This document shows, in pieces, positions 38,195 through 49,407 of a DNA stretch of 64,000 nucleotides; the first letter of the stretch is position 1; each line of letters starts with the position of its first letter. The position numbers and the translations under genes were made by a program. Under the pieces are notes generated by a model. It saw only the letters and a program-made list of their open reading frames with translations. It did not search any database and had not been told where the DNA came from. The DNA is from Eledone cirrhosa (taxonomy: Eukaryota): assembly GCA_964016885.1 (NCBI GenBank), contig OZ024751.1:8928001-8992000 (forward strand), read 5' to 3'.

Positions 38195-41100
38195 TTAAAC
38201 ATATCTACACACGCACACGATAGCAATTAACAGTGCTGCGCTCGAATGTTGCTTTTTAGCCCAGCGAATGATCCCAAAATGTCTTGCACAGAGTTGGCAA
38301 CCAAAACATTCACTGGTATTAGCCGGCTGTGGTTGGAGTTCATGTAAGTGTGCATGTTTTGTTATCCGTCCTCCTGATTTACATTCTCTACCACATGCTT
38401 GGCAAGCATAATGAGTAGCATCTCCAACAGCAGCCTGGTAGTCAACCACTGGTCTTACTTTATGATTGTGAAGATGACTTTCGAGTCCAGCTTTGCTTAG
38501 GCAGAGTCTCCCACAGACACTGCATGTCAGCGCCATAGAAGGACCTTCGCTGTCTGGAAATGCAACAGCAATGCCCTTCCTCACATCCCGCTTTACTTTA
38601 TCGTATGCGATTCGAGATGCCACAAAGGCAACTTTCCCCTCATATACAGTTTTTCTCCATTTATTACGATCAGCAGCAACATCTTCCCATGTATCAGCAG
38701 AGATGTTAGCGTCTTTCAAAGAGGCTTTCAAGGAATCCTTATACCTCTTTTTTGGTTTATGTGGCGGTCGTTTTCATTTAACTAACTTTAATAAAAGAGT
38801 TGTTTTGGTATTCTAGAATCCTTCATTCTGGCAAGGTGACCACTCCAACGGAGTCGTTGTTTAATCACAAGAGCTTATATACTGTCGCACAGAGCTTTCC
38901 AAAATCTAAACATCACTGATGTGGTCCATCCAGTGAACGCCATACATCTGTTTGAGACACATCGGATGGAAACGCTCCAATTGCTTAAGGTGGTGACCCA
39001 GGTCTCGCAGGCATAAAGAAGAGAAGAGAGCACACATGCCTTGTTCACCTTTGTCTTCTTGCATATGTCTCGCCGACCTCAGAGTCGCCTTTCTAGCTTT
39101 CCGAAAGCATCACTTGCTTTCCTAATCCTGAGTGGGATTTCATTATCAAGGTTGTTGAATCGATTGACAGTGCTTCCCAGGTAGACAAACTGATCAACCA
39201 CTCCAAGTCTTTTACCATACACATACATATTTGGTTCAGTGTACTGCTTACCAGGGGCAGGTTGGTACATGACGACGGTTTTCTTCAGACTGACAGTCAA
39301 TCCTAGGGCAATGCAAGCGTCAGAAAATGCATTCAAAATGTGCTGCATATCACTCTCTGTGTGCGCTACAAGATCGCAATCATCTGCATACAAGAGGTCT
39401 CTTATGATTGATGTAAATACTTCTGTTTTTGCAGCAAAGCGCCTGATGTAAAATATGCTGCCTGAGGTTCGATATCGGGTGTAAACACCATGCTCGCAAT
39501 TCCTGAATGCAATATAGAAAACCATTGCAAAATATATGGCAAACAGGGTCGGTGCTGGAATATCCCCCTGTTTCACTCGATTTTTTACTGATATAGGCTC
39601 CGACATGTTACCTCCGACATTAACCCAAGCCTTCATGTCGTCATGGAAAGACCTAACTAAAGCAAGGAATTTATCAGGGCAACCAGGTTTCTGGAGAACC
39701 TTCCATAATACATTTCTGTTAACAGTATCGAAAGCATTTGTCAGATCGACAAAAACCTGATACAGATCCAAACCTTGTTCCATGCACTTCTCCTGGAGCT
39801 GTCTAGCTGAGAAGAACATATCAGTAGTGCCGCGTCCAGCACGAAAACCAGATAGACTTTCAGGAAAAACCCAATCTGCAATGTGTGTCAGCAGACGGTC
39901 CAGAAGCACCCTACATAAAACTTTCCCTACGAGAGAAAGCAATGATATACATTTGTAGTTCCCACAATCATTCCTGTTACCCTTTTCTTTGCACAAGACC
40001 ACCATTACTGCATCTCTCCAGTCCTCAGGTACGGAGTCATTAGCCAATATCCTGCCAAACAAAGATTGAAGATGTTGCAGGAATCTCTCACCACCATATT
40101 CTAGTAGCTCTGCATGTATGCCATCCATAACTGGAGACCTTCCACTGTTCAGCTACGAGATAACCACTACAACCTCAACAAGCGTCGGATGTTCTGCGAG
40201 AGCTACTTTCACAGGACTTTCTGGAATGAGATTGAAGAAATCTTCATTGACGACAGACGGTTGATTCAAAAGATCATCAAAGCGCTCTCGACACCTTCGT
40301 AGAATTATTTGTGAGTCACGAAGAAGTTCTTTGCCATCCTTGCTGTGAAGTGGTGTCACCAGAGAAGAAGACGGTCCATAAATTTCACGCAAGACAGTGT
40401 ACAACAGCTTTGTGTTATTGCAATCTGACGCAATTTGTATCTCATCAACCTTCTCACTCCACCACTGATCCTTCATCTGAGAAAGAGTCCGCCTAACACG
40501 TTATTTCACATCCTAGAGTTCCTTATGCAACATATTCTTCTCCTGTGGTTTTGCCGTCAAGTAGCGTGACAGAGCACGCCTCTTATCAGCCAACAAGTCT
40601 TCTATATGTTCATCATTCTCATTAAAGCAGTCTTGATATTTTCTCTGCACCAATCCCAGAACACGCCTGTCTACATCATAAACCGACTTTTTAAGGGTCG
40701 GCCAATCCTCACCAAGGTCTGCAACCTGCATCTCTTCTCGCAATGTCTTCTTCACATTTTTATCCCTAAAACGAGCAGCATTCAATCTTCTGGGCAGGGC
40801 AACACCAGGAGCCCGGATTCTACTTTAGTGATTAGTTTCACTTTTGCGCGTACCAGGCGGTGGTCCGTCCAGCACTCAGCTCCACGAAGAGCACAAACAC
40901 ACAGCACATTCCGTCTGTCACGCATCCTGACTAGGACGTTGTCCAAAAGATGCCATTCCTTAGATGCAGGATGTATCCACGTAGTCTTAAATTTGTTCTT
41001 TTATTGGAATATTGTGTTGGAAACACACATATCCAGCTCCTCACACATCTGCAGCAGGAGCATACCATTGTTGTTACACTTTCCCACCCATGCCTTCCGA

Positions 41101-41595
41101 TTAAATTCCATGTGTTAAAATCCCTACCCACTCTAGCATTAAAGTCACCAAGCGCGATGAATTTGTCTGCCTGAGGGATATTTCTTAAAACACCTTTCAA
41201 GGCATGGTAAAGGGACACTTTTTATTCATCGACATAATTCATAGTTGGAGCATACCACCCTCACCAGGGTCGCATATCTTCCTTTGTCCAGCGGTATTCT
41301 CATGGACAGAAGACGCTCACTAATCCCTGCTTGGAATTATTCTAATTTATTCACAAGGACAGTCTTAACAGCAAATGCTACCCATCCTCTCTTCTGGTCT
41401 CTTCCTTTCGAGTAGAATGTATATTCTCCACAAAATTCTGTAAGATGACCATCTCCAGCTAACCTCATCTCAGATAAAGCTACTATGTCAAGATCGTAAC
41501 GTCGAAGCTTCTTTGCAACAAGAGCGGTCCTTCGTTCAGGACGTTCCAAGGAATACCTGTAAAGCAGCGCCCGTACGTTCCAGCAGCCAAGACTA
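38195..41595 (-). mobile_element. Degenerate RTE (BovB-like) LINE: APE, RT and C-terminal C2H2 fingers
   Basis: ERRTALVAKKLRRYDLDIVALSEMR, LGDFNARVG, SGFRAGRGTTDM, FVDLTNAFDTVNR, LLYADDC, FVYLGS; CSVCGRLCLSKAGLESH. Confidence 0.92.
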
Positions 41596-43763
41596 AATGC
41601 CTTGTTTGACTCTATGGCTAGTTAATGGCATTACATTCCTGCTTCCGAAGAATGATGAGACAAACAATCCCAAAAATTACAGACCGATATCTTGCTTGAC
41701 CACAATGTATAAAATTTTAACATCAGTCCTAACTGAATATACATATGACCACCTGATAACAAATGACCTATTTCCCAATGAGCAGAAAGGCTGTAAACGA
41801 GGCTCATATGGCTGTAGGGATCAGCTTTTGGTTAACAAAATGATACTGGAAGATTGTCATAATAGACATAAAAATATATCAGTTGCTTGGATAGATTATA
41901 AAAAAGCATTCGATAGTTTGCCACACAGTTGGACTGAAAAATGTTTAGAGATTTTCAAAATATCTCCCGTTATCAGGAGGTTCTTGTCATTCAGTATGAA
42001 GACATGAAAACGAGACTCCTTTTGAATAGTGAAAAGAAATCACTGGAAGCTGGAGAAGTTAATATTAATTGTGGAATTTTTCAGGGTGACTCTTTATCAC
42101 CGCTTTTATTCTGCATCGCACTTATAGCATTAAGTAAAATGCTCAATGAAACAAAATATGGATATACAGTCTATGAAAAAACCATTAATCACTTGTTCCA
42201 CATGGATGACCTGAAACTATTTACAAAAAATGATGAACAATTGCAAGGGCTATTATCCACTGTGGAGCAGTTCAGTGATGACATTAAAATGGAGTTTGGA
42301 CTAGATAAATGCGCCAAAGCAACGTTCACCAGAGGAAAGCTGCTGAAAAGTTCAGACATTAATCTTGATCGGGGGAATGTGATAAGAGATCTTGATCAAG
42401 AGGAAACTTACAAATATCTAGGTGTTTGTGAAGGAGACGGAATCAAGCACTCGACAATAAACGAAAGGATAAGGAAGGAATTTTACCGTAGAGTAAGAGC
42501 AATCTTAAGAACGGAATTGAATGCAAGGAATAGGATCGATGCCATAAACACGCTTGCCATACCAGTAGTAACCTACAATTACAATGTCATCAACTGGTCA
42601 AGCACAGAGATCCGTAGACTCGATACAAAAATTTGAAAATTCTTAACTATGCACAGAATTCATCACCCTAAGGCAGATACAGATAGAATATATCTCCCTA
42701 TCAAAGAAGGAGGACGTGGCTTAATCCAGTTAGATATCGCGTTAAAAACTCCAACAATTGGATTATCTACATATCTAAGGGAATCACATGATTGGATGAT
42801 CAAACTCGTTTTGAAACACGAAAGCATCAGAAGATCATACTCCATTACAAAAGATACACAAAGATACAGTAATGGACGACAAATTTCAGAAGTCCCATTT
42901 ACTGCTGAAATGGAAAACACAGAAAAAGCAAAGTAGGTAAAAGTAAATGCAAAGAAAGAACTGCTACAGAAACTGGCTAAGAAATGGCAAGAAAAGCCTC
43001 AGTAAGGAAAATACCCAGAAAGAGCTAACAATCCTGACGTTGACAAAATTCTAACCCATCATGGGTGGCATCCTCTGGACTGAAATCGGAGACTGAAGGA
43101 CTGATCATATCAGCACAAGATCAGTGTCTGCCAACAAAAAATTACCAACCCAACATAATAAAAGATGGATGCAATCCATTATGCCGTATATGTAAAACAC
43201 AACCAGAGACCATTGATCATATAATTTCAATGTGCAGTCCTATACCTCCAAACGAAAACCTAAACAGGCTTTACAGAGCTTACACATTGGATAATGTGTA
43301 ACCATTTTGACCTGCCCCATCAAAAGAATTGGTGGGAGCCTCAACAACCTCCCATACTTGAAGATCACATCTCAATCATGTGGAACTTTAGCATCCAAAC
43401 AGACCGAAAAATAGATGCTAATAGACCTGATATAATACTGAAGGATTTTAAAAAGAGGGTATGCCTGCTAATTGATATGTCCGTTCCAATAGACAAGAAT
43501 GTATCTATAAAAACATTTGAAAAACTGAGCAAGTATAAGGAAACCCGCGTATAGGAGAAATACAAAAGATAGTGCTGATGGGAACTGCCCATATACTAAG
43601 GAAGATTCTGTCAATTAAGTACATCACAAGTATAAACACCTAAATATGCATGTGTGTGTATGTATGTACTTCCTTGAACATGGCGGACCTTGTTGTCTCT
43701 TGAGGTCACTGGTTGTGACTTGGTGATAACTCGTATGAACATAAAACAAGATAAATGCAAGTG
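41596..43763 (+). mobile_element. 5'-truncated R4/Dong-like non-LTR retrotransposon (RT plus restriction-like endonuclease)
   Basis: NYRPISCL, WIDYKKAFDSLPH, GIFQGDSLSPLLF, HMDDLKLF, CRIC..ETIDHIISMC, RPDIIL..LIDMSVP; ends at (TAA)n. Confidence 0.9.
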
Positions 43764-43842
43764 TAATAATAATAATAATAATTGTTTCTACTTTAGGCAC
43801 AAGGCCAGCAATTAACCAGTGTATTACAGGTACTTAATTTTC

Positions 43843-43871
<29 letters not shown>

Positions 43872-43873
<2 letters not shown>

Positions 43874-45038
43874 TTTCTTTATTAACCACAAGGGTTTACA
43901 TAAAGTAGACATTAAGGACAGTTCAGGACAATACAGTACGGTACAAATGGGCATTTCTGCGTGTAAAAAACAAAAACAGAGGATGTAACAAAAAAATAAC
44001 AATGAAAAATTGTCCAATAGGGGGGAGACTTCGGAGGGACATTTGTGGAGAAAGCCCAGTAAAAGGCCACAATGACCCTGACCACCAAGGCAAGTGCCCT
44101 CTTCCAGTTTTCCACCTTTAATTTACAGATATATACTCAGAGTAGGCCCATTCAGTCGGGCCTTACTTGCTTCTCTCACCTATCTTTCAACAAAATGCTG
44201 GGAAGAGAGCACTTCCCTCTCTACCCTGATTTTCCTTTTCAAATGAAATTTGAAAAAGTTAATCAGGGCATCACCGAAGAGGTAGGTGCTCGTCTTCAGC
44301 CCTTTAAAACGTGTCCACCATACTATCTCTTTCGCCATGGCCACCAGACAGAAAAAATCTGTCTGCCCTTCCCGGCTAAAGGAAAAGAGCGGGGCAATCC
44401 TCACGATGGACTCAGCTGATAGTTGTGGCGCTGCTGAGAAAGGATCCGAACAAGGGGATAACATAGATAATTTCAGGCCCATAACTCTGCTAAACACAGA
44501 GTTCAAGATTTTGGCCAAGGTGCTAGCAAAGAGGTTGGCGCTTGTCGTTGGTGGTCTGGTGGGAGAGGCGCAGACATGCGCCATTCCCGATAGATCCATC
44601 CACGACAACCTTCACCTCATGCGATACATCGTAGAGAGGGTAGATAGGGAACCCACTACGGTGGCATCGGCCGCATATGCTGACACGGATCTTCCACTTC
44701 CTAGTTCGCGCGGGATCCCCCTCAACGTCTCCAGTTTGTGCAGTAATGGCTCGAGAGTCAATACGTACAACAGAGATGAGAGGGGACATCCTTGGCGGAC
44801 CGAGCGCATGATGTTGAACGGTTCCGAACGGTGACCGTTCACTCTCACCACAGAGAAAATGTCGCTGTGCATGGCAGCGATCCAGCATCTGAAGACGTGC
44901 CCAAAGCCAGCCGCCCTCAGGACTAGGTAACGATGGTCGACCCTATCGAAAGCTTGTGGGTCCTTGATCTAAAGTGATCAAGGACCCACACCTGCCACGT
45001 TCCATAGCTACCCTCTCTACGATGTATCGCATGAGGTA
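43872..45038 (-). mobile_element. Rearranged Tx1/L1-clade LINE fragment in a (TAA)n tract
   Basis: Minus strand RT 45038-44660 (FDRVDHRY, VRQGCPLS, SAYA); inverted RT N-part 44335-44660 (NFRPITLLNTEFKILAK); C-terminus and UTR 44335-43872. Confidence 0.8.
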
Positions 45039-45098
45039 TAATAATAATGATAATTAATGACCAAACGCACGTGGTAAGCAAATGCACAAAAAAACTAA

Positions 45099-45170
<72 letters not shown>

Positions 45171-45438
45171 GTGTACATACACACACACATATATACACAT
45201 ACGCACACATATATATATAATACACAGACACATACGCATGCATAAACATTATACAAGCACACCCGATACATATAAACACACCACAGACACAAAAGAGTAT
45301 ATACCTACAAATACATATACACGCAAACATAATTGTATACAACCACAGACACACAATTAGTAAAAATTTCTTAGAGATAAAAATATAAATGTAAACTATA
45401 AAGTTTCATACACACATACGCATAAGTACGTACACACG

Positions 45439-45520
<82 letters not shown>

Positions 45521-45828
45521 CATACATATATATATGTATATATATGCACACATATATATATATACATGTAAATATATATATATATATAATATATTTAGAA
45601 ACACACAGATACATGCGGACACACACATATATACATGAATGCATCCGCACCCAACCGTGAGTTAAGGGTGCCAACTTCACCGATGTTGCTCAATGAATGA
45701 CTGGGACAGACCAATTCAGTTTGAACTAGACTGAACCAGTATCAGAGTTAAAAATACATTATGAAGAGAGAAGAAACATTTAGATATAATTAGTAATAAA
45801 ATGTATCATACCTAAACTGCTCCTAAAT

Positions 45829-45916
45829 TCCTCGACTACGTAGTTTCGTGGCATAAACAAAAACAATATATCAAAGATATAGAGTCCTTGCGAGGTCTGC
45901 CGACTTATCAAGAGGA
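45829..45916 (-). ncRNA. Type I hammerhead ribozyme with U3-A8 core variant
   Basis: tcctc-TTGATAA-gtcggca..tgccac-GAAA-ctacgtag-TC-gagga; all three stems pair. Confidence 0.75.
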
Positions 45917-46069
45917 TACCTCATTTTACTAGTCTCAAGAACGCGTCTACACGACGTGAGAAAGAATCCCAAAAGGCGGAGGGGGAGATAGTCACGCGAT
46001 ATAACGGTCGAGAAACAGAGCTAAGCCTCTTATAACCACGAAGAAAATACCACGGAGGCGGAGGGGGTA

Positions 46070-46113
<44 letters not shown>

Positions 46114-46121
46114 TACATATA

Positions 46122-46816
46122 TATGGACAGACGGGACGTCGCCTGGCGGACCGAGTCACGGAGCACCTCCGGGATATTCGTCTCGGGGGCAGTTCCCCCA
46201 TCGCCCGCCACTTTGGTGGCCCTGGACATTCCGCACGCCATCTCACAGTCTATGGCCTACTCCAATGCCACGGAACACCCGCCAATCGCCTTACGGTCGA
46301 ACAACGAACTATCTTCATCTTACAGACCCATGCTCCCCCCGGCCTGAACTCCCCACCCTTATTCCTTTAGCCTTCGACCGCCCCCTCCCCCCACACTTAT
46401 CCCCCACTAACACCACTAACACACCCCTCCTTTTCACCGCCCACCCCACAACTAACAATACTAACACCTCCACTCCACCCCTCATCTGACCACCTTCACC
46501 AACTAACATACTAACATCCCTCCCCCCCTCCTTATCACACCCATCCACCCACCGGCACTAATATACACGCGCTCACACTAAACACACACCCTACTACCAC
46601 CACTAACCCTCACCCCACACCTCTCACCCCCACACCTCCATCCCACCACCCCGCAACTAACCTCACTAACACCCCCTAACCCCAAGCACACGAACACACG
46701 CACCCACTTACACCACCCACCCCACACGCAACTAACATCACTAACACCCCCCAACCCCACGCACACGTACCCACACACCCTCGTACACCACCAACTCTAC
46801 ACACCCTACCACCACT
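46122..46816 (+). mobile_element. Neptune-type PLE 3' fragment: GIY-YIG C-half plus C-rich repetitive UTR
   Basis: Frame not in the ORF track: YGQTGRRLADRVTEHLRDIR..PIARHF..GHS..LTVYGL..RLTVEQRTIFILQTHAPPGLN. Confidence 0.8.
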
Positions 46817-47745
46817 TGCTAAACGTTTACGTCCTACAGATCAATTCCTCAGTCTCCTGAGTGATAAAGCGTCACATCAATTATAATGAATATCCGTGAT
46901 GTTACGCCTCAGCTATCGCGTCTAGCCTGGAACGGAATATAAAAGAAACATCCCTATATATTGAAACATATTTTCTAGTTTGGGCGCAAGTTAATCATTA
47001 TATATGTATTGTATTGTATGGGCCGTAGCTCCTGATAGTCCTGTACGGCTTTTCTTGGGCACTTTAAGCATGGTGCAGCCCATCCTTCTCCAGGCCTGAG
47101 AATAGCAGATTTCCTACAGAGATGGGATGTAGGGACCTCAGTACTAGAGGGATACTTATTTTATTGCCTCGAAAAGATAAAAGGCAAAGTTGACCTCGGC
47201 GGGATTTGAACTCCGAACAGAGAGCCGGAATAAAAGCCATAATACATTATATCCCACGTTTTAAACACTCTGCCAATTCGCCGCCTATCATTATATAGGG
47301 TTTAGATATTATTGATTTTACTGAGTCCATCATCTGACTGTTTTCTTTTATTTTTAAAACCCGGTAGAATTCGAATAGTAAAAAAGGGAGAATGCAATGA
47401 AATCCCGCAATATATTTCAGTAATCTATCGTTGCTTTGATTTTCCTATCATTGTAAAATGATAATGGTTATAGTACGGTGGTGTAACGCTTAAAATTAGT
47501 ACTGAGGATTATTGTATCTTTTGAATCCCCCCAAATGCATTCTACACAATTATTTCATCAACCCCATCTGAACAGCAAAAGACAAATCATTAGCTGCTGT
47601 CGAACTTTTATCAGTGTTGAAATAGTGTAAACAAAAGAGATTTAGAATCAGTAAATGTACATACTTTGTAGAGATCTCGGAATTGCAGAGTAAAAAGAAT
47701 ACTGACAATTTATTTAAAGAATATTATATGTACAAATTATAGAAA
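46817..47745 (-). repeat. Right arm of the inverted duplication (partner 36228-37388), with a SINE at 47135-47285
   Basis: See partner. Confidence 0.9.
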
Positions 47746-48341
47746 AAAGATTTCTTCGTCACTATCTTAATGCGAATACTATCTCTGATATCACGAGGGA
47801 TCATTCAGTAACAATTTAGGCCATAAATTTTATGAATCTCAAGAAGAATTATTACTTACATATTGGCATTACCTTGCATAGAGTATTTATTGATAACTAA
47901 CTACACATGATGTGTAGACATTTTGAACAATGATAGAAACAGTAAAGGAATATCGAACGTGGAGCTGAACAATGGATATGAAGCAAAATAAATGGGTTGT
48001 TTAGCAATAAAAGAAGTTGGTGTTGTTAATGGGTCATACAAGCTAAGATTCTATAACAATAAGCATTTCATCCTATTCGTAGGCGTAATTCCGATTAGGC
48101 GTTGTGATTACTAGATCTGTGGAAAATACGAATCGAGGAAAAAATTGATCAGTGGGAATATTTCAATAGAATATATTGTAAGATGTCAACTAACATTGTA
48201 TAAATATCTCCTGATGATAAACATTGCCTATATATCGAGATGTAATTCAGTATTTCATTTTATTCCACTGCCTCAAGGATCAAATCGTGTTGGAGCCGAC
48301 TTTATTTTTCATGTTATTTGTTGTTATTTAGTCACGGAATG

Positions 48342-48437
48342 AGGTGTGGATTGACAGAATCGATAGAGCATCACCAACATGTTGTGTGGCATTTAGTTTC
48401 GACACGTTACGTGCTGAGATCAAATCCCGCTGAGACC
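48342..48437 (+). mobile_element. SINE head fragment
   Basis: gtggattgacagaatcgatagag..ctgagatcaaatcccgctgag. Confidence 0.55.
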
Positions 48438-48483
48438 AATTACTGAGAAACCTAAAATAATATATACATATATAAACACACAC

Positions 48484-48517
<34 letters not shown>

Positions 48518-48780
48518 TTAGGTTTATTGGTTCACCACTGGATGAAATTGGTCATTCCGTATGGTCAATCTCGATGTAATATTATGGAGAGTACTCAACG
48601 TAATGCAGCTCACCCGTCTTTATTTGTGTAGTTGGTGGATTTTGTCTGTTATATTCCTTTGTTATATTTCGAAAACCAGATGATATCACCGGATTCATAC
48701 GGAACCCGGTCATTGAAATGATCATAGTATAATAAACCTTTCAAGGATTTACACAAGTCCAGCCTCCTGTTATTTTATTA

Positions 48781-48785
<5 letters not shown>
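48518..48785 (+). mobile_element. PLE pLTR family X with HHR remnant (48672-48730) and inverted 3' extension
   Basis: CAGATGA-..ccgg..-GAAA-tgatca-TA-gtat; 48518-48640 is the reverse complement of about 51112-51232. Confidence 0.6.
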
Positions 48786-48830
<45 letters not shown>

Positions 48831-48835
<5 letters not shown>

Positions 48836-49385
48836 ATACTTTGGGAGGGTCATGTTGCCAATAAGAAATACACGCACCAGTTGCTTTCACTTTATTTTAT
48901 TATAAATTAAATTTATAAATTTAGGAATTTATAAATTTCCGGTTGGTTGGTTGGTTCCACAACCAGACGATTGTTCATATATTGTCAAAGTTCTTTCGTC
49001 ACACATTCTGTGACCTCTTCAGTGACTAGGGATTATTTTCTGTTTTTGTGCCTCTCCTTTGTTCTGTCCTACGCCATCAAAAAGAAGATGGCGTAGGACA
49101 GGACAAAGGAGAGGCACAAAAACAAAGAAAATAATACCAAGTCACTGAAGAGGTCACAGAATGTGTGACGAAAGAACTTTGACAATATATGAACATCGTC
49201 TGGTTGTGGAACCAACCGGAAATTTATAAATTCCTAAATTTATAAATTTAATTCATAATAAATTGAAGTGAAAGCAACTGATGTGTGTGTTTCTTATTGG
49301 CAACATGACCCTCCCAAAGTATAACTATATCGGTTTCAACACACGTTTTCAGATAAAGAATCTTGCTAAACAAATTCAGAAACGA
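48831..49385. mobile_element. Second head-to-head inverted dimer of HHR element family A
   Basis: Arms meet at cctacgccatc-aaaaagaa-gatggcgtagg; HHRs near 48984-49026 (-) and 49140-49183 (+); arms slightly diverged; (TA)n flanks. Confidence 0.85.
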
Positions 49386-49407
49386 TTTATATATATATAT
49401 ATATATA

